Source: Vulcanimicrobiota bacterium (GTDB lineage Bacteria > Vulcanimicrobiota > Xenobia > Xenobiales > JADMJV01). Taken from it: 64,000 bases of DNA. The stretch is taken from assembly GCA_050250895.1 (NCBI GenBank), contig JBFWNU010000003.1:797137-861136 (forward strand). Direction: 5' to 3'. The notes beneath the pieces are model-generated. The model was not told where the DNA came from and made no database searches. It was given only the letters and a program-made list of their open reading frames with translations. Each line of letters begins with the position of its first letter. Position 1 is the first letter of the stretch. Made by a program: the position numbers and the translations under genes. This document shows, piece after piece, positions 55,252-62,300 of the stretch.

Positions 55252-55802
55252 TCGTCATCCTCGTCGAGGTCGACCCGGGTGTGGGGAAAGCCCTCCCGGG
55301 CCATGGGCTGGCGGGTTGCGTCGAGACACTCTATCCCCATGTAATCGCCCCTTCTGGACTCGCAGCTCGTCCGGAACCGGCCTTGGGCCCCGGAGAAACT
55401 CGACGTGAGGTCGAGCTTCACTTGAAGACGCGGAGACCCCAAGGAAATCACGCTTGCGCGCAGATGGGGCCCGACGGGAGTCCATCCCTCGAGCCAATGA
55501 CCGTCAAAGTCGAGAGTGGGGCCTGTCTGCTCGACGCTCGAGAAGACCTGGCAATCCCCCTGGCTCTCCATGAAGCTCATCGACGCCTCGTAAACGCTCG
55601 ACGAGCGACTGAACGGCCAGAGGCTCATCCAGCCTGACCCCTCAAAGGAGGGGAGAGGGGCAGGGGGGGCTGCGTATGTGGTCCAGGACATGCCTACCTG
55701 TTTGAGACCGTTGTCGGTGAAACCGATGAGTTCGGCGTGCCATTTGGGCTCGGCTAGAACGGGGTGGGTGGCCAGGATGATGAGCAGTAGCAGGCGCTTC
55801 AT
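55248..55802 (-). CDS. Exported beta-rich protein, tandem paralog 3 of 5
   Basis: Signal peptide; LIGFTDNGLKQ, WLEGWTPVGP and REGFPHTRV (last strand shortened). Confidence 0.85.
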   Translation of the reverse strand: MKRLLLLIILATHPVLAEPKWHAELIGFTDNGLKQVGMSWTTYAAPPAPLPSFEGSGWMSLWPFSRSSSVYEASMSFMESQGDCQVFSSVEQTGPTLDFDGHWLEGWTPVGPHLRASVISLGSPRLQVKLDLTSSFSGAQGRFRTSCESRRGDYMGIECLDATRQPMAREGFPHTRVDLDEDDE

Positions 55803-56359
55803 TGGGCCTCCTCGTTCTCGACTCTGATGTAGAGTCTAGTATGAGGAAAGCCCTCCCGGGCGATCGGTTGGCGGGACGCGTCGAGAAATTCTATCCCCAA
55901 GTGGGCGCCGGAATACAACGAGTACGTTCCTCGAAAGGTCCCCTGAGTCGCCTCCTTCGCCTGGAGGAAGCGAGAAGTCAGACTAAAGTTGAGCTGCGTT
56001 TGTGGGTCCGGAGGGGAGGCGCTCGCGCTCAGACTGAGACCCACCGGCGTCCATCCAGCGAGCCATTGAGCGTCAAAATCGAGCTTAGGGCCTGTTTGGT
56101 CTAGCCTGGCGAAGACCTCGCACTCACGCTGGCTCTCCAGGAAGTCGAGGCTAACCTCGAAAATGACCGGAGAGCGTGAGAATTCGTATAGCTCAAGCCA
56201 ACCCGAACCGGTAGCAGGCTCGACCACGCTCGGAGCATTGGGTGTGACGCCTAGCTGTTTGAGACCATTGTCGGTGATCCCGATCAATACGACGTGCCAC
56301 CTCGTATCGGCCAGGACAGGGTGGGTGGCCAGGATGAGTAGCAAGAGCAGGCACCTCAT
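55799..56359 (-). CDS. Exported beta-rich protein, tandem paralog 2 of 5
   Basis: Signal peptide; LIGITDNGLKQ, WLAGWTPVG and REGFPHTRLYIRVE. Confidence 0.85.
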   Translation of the reverse strand: MRCLLLLLILATHPVLADTRWHVVLIGITDNGLKQLGVTPNAPSVVEPATGSGWLELYEFSRSPVIFEVSLDFLESQRECEVFARLDQTGPKLDFDAQWLAGWTPVGLSLSASASPPDPQTQLNFSLTSRFLQAKEATQGTFRGTYSLYSGAHLGIEFLDASRQPIAREGFPHTRLYIRVENEEAQ

Positions 56360-56925
56360 TCATTCACCTCGTTCTCGACGCGAAGGTAGAGGACCGTGCG
56401 AGGAAAACGCCCGCGCGGGATTGAGTTGCGCTGCTGGTCGAGGCACTCGAAACTGATACTGTCGCCCGACTTCACACGCATGCTGGTGCGGAACCTTCCA
56501 AAGGCCAGTTCCTCGCCCTCGAGGAAGGCTGACTCCAGCTCGAAATCCACCATGACAAAGTCGTTGGGAAGGGTCGTGAGATTGGCCTGCAGCGCAGGAC
56601 CGAGGGCGGTCCAGCCTTCGAGCCAGCGACCGTAGTAACTGACGCTCGTCCCCATTCCCTCGGCTCGGTCGTAGACCTCACAGTCGCCCCGCCCTGTCAG
56701 GAACTTGAGACTCGCCTCGAAGATTCGAGGACTCCGAGCAAACTCGCAGAGGTCCAGCCAGCCCTTACCCTCCACCGGAGACAGAGGGTCAGCGCCACCC
56801 CAGCTGACTCCGATTTGCTTGCGGCCCGCTTCCGTGAAACCGACGAGTTCGGCCTGCCACCGGGGCTGGGCCAGAGCGGGCAGGCTGGTCAACAGAAGCA
56901 GCACGGGGAGGAGCCTCAGACGCAT
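56356..56925 (-). CDS. Exported beta-rich protein, tandem paralog 1 of 5
   Basis: ATG at 56925 (MRLRLLPVLLL); LVGFTEAGRKQ, WLEGWTALGP and FPRTVLYLRVE. Confidence 0.85.
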   Translation of the reverse strand: MRLRLLPVLLLLTSLPALAQPRWQAELVGFTEAGRKQIGVSWGGADPLSPVEGKGWLDLCEFARSPRIFEASLKFLTGRGDCEVYDRAEGMGTSVSYYGRWLEGWTALGPALQANLTTLPNDFVMVDFELESAFLEGEELAFGRFRTSMRVKSGDSISFECLDQQRNSIPRGRFPRTVLYLRVENEVNE

Positions 56926-56955
56926 CTCCGTAGGTTCAGCTGATTGAGGACCGGT

Positions 56956-56985
56956 CCCTCTTAGGCGGCCGACTTGGAAAGCGCC
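56956..56985. repeat. Direct repeat (28/30) of 58383-58412; remnant of the 3' end of gene 58388-59011
   Basis: CCCTCTTAGGCGGC(C/G)GACTTGGAAAG(C/G)GCC; both copies encode ALSKSAA* on the minus strand. Confidence 0.8.
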
Positions 56986-57205
56986 TTGCTTGCGGCCCGC
57001 GCGGGTCAATTTTCAAAAAATCTTCCCGCTGCGGCCAAGTTCGTCAAAAGGGGATCCCGGCAGGTGGAAGGCCCCTGAGGCGGCTTGAATGTCCTTCTCG
57101 GCCACTTTGACAGAAATTCTGAGGTTGCGCTCATTTTTACTCTAGAAAGGGCCGCAAATCATCGGCTAGAGGAGGCGCAATTGCCTATCAAATAAGGCTT
57201 TGAAG

Positions 57206-57253
57206 TGTTCGATGTTTTTGACGAACAGGCCGCCAGATTGCTAGGATCTAAGT
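57206..57253 (+). promoter_or_regulatory. Leaderless promoter with TGTTCG-N10-CGAACA palindrome
   Basis: TTGACG(57218-57223)-N18-TAGGAT(57242-57247)-N6-ATG; palindrome at 57206-57227. Confidence 0.7.
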
Positions 57254-58291
57254 ATGAATCCAAACGTAAACACCCCTCAATTCTGGCGTCTCGCCAATCT
57301 CTCTACTCTCACCGCCGATCAGCTCGCCGACCTCACTCGCCGCGTGGTCGGCAGCCTCACTTTGTTGCGCCTGTATCTAGGTCGATGCTTGCTGGCCCTC
57401 GAGCGGTCGAATGTCGATTGGGCCTTTCGTGGCAGTGTCCACTATGCTTCGCTGCTAGGCGTTCCACGCCGCCGGGCTCGCGAGGCGATGCGAGTGGCCG
57501 AGCGTCTCGAAGAGCTGCCGGTGTTGTGCCGGGCGGCCGAGAATACCGAGGTGAGTTGGTCGAAGCTGCGCGAAGTGGTGCGCGTGGCCACCGCCGAAAC
57601 CGAGAGCGAGTGGCTAGTCGTGGCTCAGCGCTGGGGATATCGTCGGGTCGAGAGACTGGTGGCCCGGGCGACGGTGGGCGATCGGCCGGGTGAGGCCAGC
57701 CGCGAGCCCGAAGAGATCGAGGTGATTCTCCGACTCTCTCCTACTGCGAGCGCCGTGTGGCAGCGAGCCATGCGGCGGTTGTCGCAAGAGGCGGGGCGGC
57801 TGGTGAGTGCGGCGGAGGCTCTCGAGCTTTTATGCGCCGACTATCTGTCCGGGCCGGTTGAGGAGGTGCTGGCCGAGGGCGAGAAAGACGTCGAGGCCGA
57901 GTGGGCCATGGTGGCGGCCGGCGAGCAGGATGGGCTGGTTGCCAAAGCGGAGCCGCATTGGGCCAACGAGCGTTTGCGCTGGGCTGGGGACCAATCGATT
58001 ACTCCCGCTCAGCGGGCCGAGGTGCTGCGGCGTGATGGTTACAGCTGCCAGTGCCCGGGTTGCGAGAATCGGCTCTGGCTCGAGGTGCATCACGTCGTGT
58101 TTTATTGCCGCGGCGGGGCGACCGTGCCCGATAACCTGATCGTGGTGTGCTGGTCGTGCCATCGCCGCATTCACAAAGGCTGGTTGCGGGTGAGCGGGCA
58201 GGCGCCGCATGGCCTGATCTGGACCGACCGCTACGGTAACGAGTTGACTTCACCTGAGCGGCTGGGCCAGTTGGCCTGGCCCTCTGGCTGA
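57254..58291 (+). CDS. DUF222-like HNH endonuclease
   Basis: VLRRDGYSCQCPGC..LEVHHV..GG.T..DNL..CWSCHRRIH; N-terminal helical WSKLREVVRVAT domain. Confidence 0.9.
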   Translation: MNPNVNTPQFWRLANLSTLTADQLADLTRRVVGSLTLLRLYLGRCLLALERSNVDWAFRGSVHYASLLGVPRRRAREAMRVAERLEELPVLCRAAENTEVSWSKLREVVRVATAETESEWLVVAQRWGYRRVERLVARATVGDRPGEASREPEEIEVILRLSPTASAVWQRAMRRLSQEAGRLVSAAEALELLCADYLSGPVEEVLAEGEKDVEAEWAMVAAGEQDGLVAKAEPHWANERLRWAGDQSITPAQRAEVLRRDGYSCQCPGCENRLWLEVHHVVFYCRGGATVPDNLIVVCWSCHRRIHKGWLRVSGQAPHGLIWTDRYGNELTSPERLGQLAWPSG

Positions 58292-58387
58292 CCCGTGCGG
58301 GTCACGTGCGTCCCAGGACATGGCCGACCCCGCCGCGGATGGCTGGGGTCAGCAGCAGAAAGCAGAGGAGGAGCAGCAGGCGCCCTC

Positions 58388-59011
58388 TTAGGCGGCGGAC
58401 TTGGAAAGGGCCAGGATTTCGGCCTCGCGAGGAAAGCGCGGGGGAAGGCGGAGCCGGGCCACCTGAATGGCTTTCTCGGGATCACTGAGGACCTCGTAGC
58501 CGTGATGGGTCATCTCGACGACATCCGAGCCCATACGCTTGCCTTCCTGAAGATGGGCGACGACGATGCCCACCTGGTGCACCACCGAGCGTTCGCCGTC
58601 ATCACCCAGCGCGCCCAGACGCCGGTGGGTTTCTAGCAATTTGTGGGTGTGAAGCTGGTGCTCGGCGGTCACTTGAATGGCGTCGGCCGGCCGGGGCTGC
58701 GGAGTCCATATCAGGCCACCGATACGATAGAGTTTCTGCTCGGCGGGAGTGCGAAAGTCGTTGAGGTCGGGAAGCTCGAGGCCCCCTTCCATGTTTTCGG
58801 CCAGGTTGATGGCGTCGAGTATGCGCGTGCGATAGGCATAAAGTTCACCGAGGTCGAGATTGAGACCGAAGAGCAACTCGGAAAGACGCTCGCGGACTTC
58901 CTCCACCCGGCGGCTGCTGGCCGCTCGACGAGAGCGACTGACCTGCAGCAGGCCCCACTTTTGGGGGCTGAGGTTGGTCGAGAGGTTGAGTCCTAGATCC
59001 TGGATTTCCAT
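58388..59011 (-). CDS. Hypothetical protein
   Basis: 207 aa; GGAG RBS; third gene of the operon led by the giant repeat protein. Confidence 0.75.
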   Translation of the reverse strand: MEIQDLGLNLSTNLSPQKWGLLQVSRSRRAASSRRVEEVRERLSELLFGLNLDLGELYAYRTRILDAINLAENMEGGLELPDLNDFRTPAEQKLYRIGGLIWTPQPRPADAIQVTAEHQLHTHKLLETHRRLGALGDDGERSVVHQVGIVVAHLQEGKRMGSDVVEMTHHGYEVLSDPEKAIQVARLRLPPRFPREAEILALSKSAA

Positions 59012-59013
59012 GG

Positions 59014-59379
59014 TTACTCCGATACAGGCATTTCTTCGGTCAGCATCGCGGTTTGTTGTTCAGCGTTCTGGCGCAGGGCCCGCAAGGTGTCGACGGCGTC
59101 CTGAGCGCGCTCTTTGATGATGGTGGATAACTCCGGGATGTCTTCGTTGACCGCCAGCAAGAGCAGGTCAGCGGCCTCCGAGAACAGGTTGGCGGCCTCG
59201 ACCAGCGCCTCGTCGAGGGCTTCCAGTCCCTCCGGCGCCGGGTTGTTCTCGCCCTGCTCGCAGATCTCTTCGAGGTGAACCTGGAAGGCCTCGATCTGCT
59301 GACCGGTTCCTTCGGGATCCAGGAGGTCGCCGCGAGCCAGGGCCTCGGCTGCTTCGAACAAGAAGTCCGACGCCCTCAC
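59014..59379 (-). CDS. Small acidic helical protein
   Basis: 121 aa, very acidic, GTGA-coupled to the giant repeat protein. Confidence 0.75.
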   Translation of the reverse strand: MRASDFLFEAAEALARGDLLDPEGTGQQIEAFQVHLEEICEQGENNPAPEGLEALDEALVEAANLFSEAADLLLLAVNEDIPELSTIIKERAQDAVDTLRALRQNAEQQTAMLTEEMPVSE

Positions 59380-62300
59380 GCTTTGGCTCCCATTCGGATC
59401 ATCTCTTTATGGCCGGGAATGGTAGGCACGTAGCGCAGCGAGATGACCTGCTCGACGGCTCCCGACTCGATGGCCGTGCGGGCGTTGTCGGAGCTGACGA
59501 AGGTGTCGGCGGCGGCCAAGAATTTCTCGCCGCTGCGGCGGTAGTGCACTTTGACCATCGCCATCACGTCGGAACTGGTCTGAGCGCAAATCGGACAACT
59601 GCTGGCCTGGCTCTCGGGTAGGTCGGTGCCACAGCGGGGGCAGGAGCTTCGCTTCTGCTCACCCTGATCGGATTGTTCATAAACCTCGATGTCCTGGCCG
59701 AGCGGAACCCGGTCCACGCGTTCTTGCTGTCCTTCGCGTCCCTGTCCGCCAGACTGCTCACCTCCACCGTCGTTACTACCGTGCTCTTTGGCGTGGATGT
59801 TGGTGTTGTCTTTCGGGTCAGAGTCGCTGCCCGAGGTCGAGCCCGAGCCGTCACTGCCGGACCCCAGGCGACGCGAGTGTTCTGAGGACGAACGGGCGCG
59901 CCCGATGGTGCGGATGGGATCTTCGTCGATCAACTCTTCGGCAGCCACCAGTTCAGCCATGTCGACCACGGGGACGGCCAGCTCGGCTGCGACTCGGGCG
60001 GCGTCCTGGTCGGTCGGCTTCGCCCTGGTCGGAGTGACCGGCGTGGCTGCTTTGGTAGCGGCGGCCTCGGCCACCTGCTCAGCCACGACAGCCTTTTCTT
60101 CGACGACGGCTTGCTCTTCTGGGACCGCCGCGCTGGGCGCGGGAGCTCGCTGTTGCTCGATGCGCGAGACCGCGAAGGACTCGACCACCGTCAATTGCTG
60201 GCCAGTTTTCTCGAAGAACTTGGTGACCATCGTCTCTTTGATGCTCTTGGCATTGGGAAGATTGGCCGAGATCTCGATCTGCACGGCTCCCTTGACGATC
60301 TGGGGAGGGGCCTTCAAGTCCCACTCCTTGGGCAGCAGGTCCTCGACCGTTACCTTCAAGACCTCTTCACGACTCAAGGTCTTGGGTGCCTGTTTGGCCT
60401 GGGCCGGGCTCACGGTGGAGGCTCCGGTTCCGGCCGCGGCTGCCGCGATTTCTTGTGGGCTGAAGCGAACTCCCAGGCTGCCGGCCAGTTCGGCCAACTG
60501 CTGGGCGCTGTAGTCGGGATGCCACTGCCTCAAGCCTTGCATCAACTCTTGCAGCACCTGCGGGGTCTTGGCCGGCTGCGCGGACTGGGCCGAAACCAGC
60601 GAAGGACGGGGAGGCTCGGGTTTTGGCGCTTCGGTGCCCGCTTTGGCCGGCTCGGTGGCTTTGGCGCGCTCGACCTCGGCTTTCGCTTCGGTCGGTTGGG
60701 CTTTAGGCTGTTCGGTTCGGGCGGCCTCACTTTGAGCGGGGCTGGGCCCCCGCGCAGCGGCCTTCTCGGCTTGGACATCGGCCGGAACGCGGCTCTGTTC
60801 CAAAGCTGGGTGGCTGGCCGGCCCAACAGGCTCCCCGACGCTGGCAGCCCGAACGCCGCCCTGGCCGAGGTTGTTCGCCTGGCGCTGGCCATCGGCCAGA
60901 TTGCCGAGAGGCTTGCTCTCGCCCTGGCCTCCGGTGTGGAGAGGCTTGACGCCGGAGGTTTCGTGGAGTTGACCACCGGTCTGGCCCTGACCACCCCCGC
61001 CGAAATGGCTGTTTGCCTGGAGTTGGCTGGCGCCAGAGTTGCCGAGAGGCTTGTTCTCGCCCTGGCCTCCGGTATGGAGAGGCTTGACGCCGGAGGTTTC
61101 GTGGAGTTGACCACCGGTCTGGCCCTGACCACCCCCACCGATATGGCTGTTTGCCTGGAGTTGGCTGGCGCCAGAGTTGCCGAGCGGCTTGTTCTCGCCC
61201 TGGCCTTTGCCCTCGCCGGTATGGAGAGGCTTGACGCCGGAGGTTTCGTGGAGTTGACCACCGGTCTGGCCCTGACCACCCCCGCCGATATGGCTGTTTG
61301 CCTGGAGTTGGCTGGCGCCAGAGTTGCCGAGAGGCTTGTTCTCGCCCTGGCCTCCGGTGTGGAGAGGCTTGACGCCGGAGGTTTCGTGGAGTTGGCCACC
61401 GCTCTGGCCCTGGCCGCCTCCGCCGACAAGATGGCTGGTGGCTTGGCCAGCGCCAAAGTTACCGAGGGGTTGTCCGCCTCCCTGGCCTTTGCCGTCGCCC
61501 CCTGTCTGGAGAGGCTGGCCACCAGTCTGGCCTTGGCCGCCTCCCGAGCTGTCCTGGCCAAGGAGCCCGCTGCCGCCGAGATTGTGGCTATTCGCCCGGA
61601 GTTGGCCACCGCCGCCGAGGTTGCCGAGGGGTTTGCTGTCGCTCTGGCCACCACCGGAGGTCTCGCGGATAGCACCAGTCTGACCCTGACCACCGCCAAA
61701 GTTACCCCGAGGTTGTCCGCCGCCCTGGCTGTCGTGGCCGAGAATCCCGCTGCCGCCGAGATTCTGGTTGGCGGCCTGGTAGTCGCGTCCGCCGCCGAAG
61801 TCGCCGAGCGGCCCGCCGCGTCTGGTCTGGTTGGAAAACTGCTGCGTGCCGGAATCGCCGAGCTGATGCCCGCCAAGGCCTTTGCCGCCACCGGAGGTTT
61901 CACGAACGTCGCCCTGGCCACCGCCAAAGTTACCCCGAGGTTGTCCGCCGCCCTGGCTGTCGTGACCCAGGATCCCGCTTCCGCCGAGATTCTGGTTGGC
62001 GGCCTGGTAGTCGCGTCCGCCGCCGAGGTCGCCGGGCGGCCCACCGCCTCTGGTCTGGTTGGAAAACTGCTGCGTGCCGGAATCGCCGAGCTGGCGCCCG
62101 CCAAGGCCTCTGCCGCCGTCGGAGGTTTCACGAACGTCGCCCTGGCCACCGCCCAAGTTACCCCGAGGTTGTCCGCCGCCCTGGCCGTCGTGGCCGAGAA
62201 TCCCGGTGCCGCCGAGATTCTGGTTGGCGGCCTGGTAGTCGCGTCCGCCGCCGAAGTCGCCGAGCTGATGCCCGCCGCCTCTGGTCTGGTTGGAAAACTG

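Noticed and set aside
54125-56925. Diversity-generating retroelement or integron cassette array
   Set aside because: No reverse transcriptase or integrase, no attC-like spacers (the genes overlap by ATGA), and divergence is spread along the genes rather than adenine-specific
57254-58382. RNA-guided nuclease (IscB/Cas9-like) interpretation of the HNH gene
   Set aside because: No RuvC motifs or PLMP N-terminus, and no adjacent array or long conserved ncRNA shared by the two paralogs
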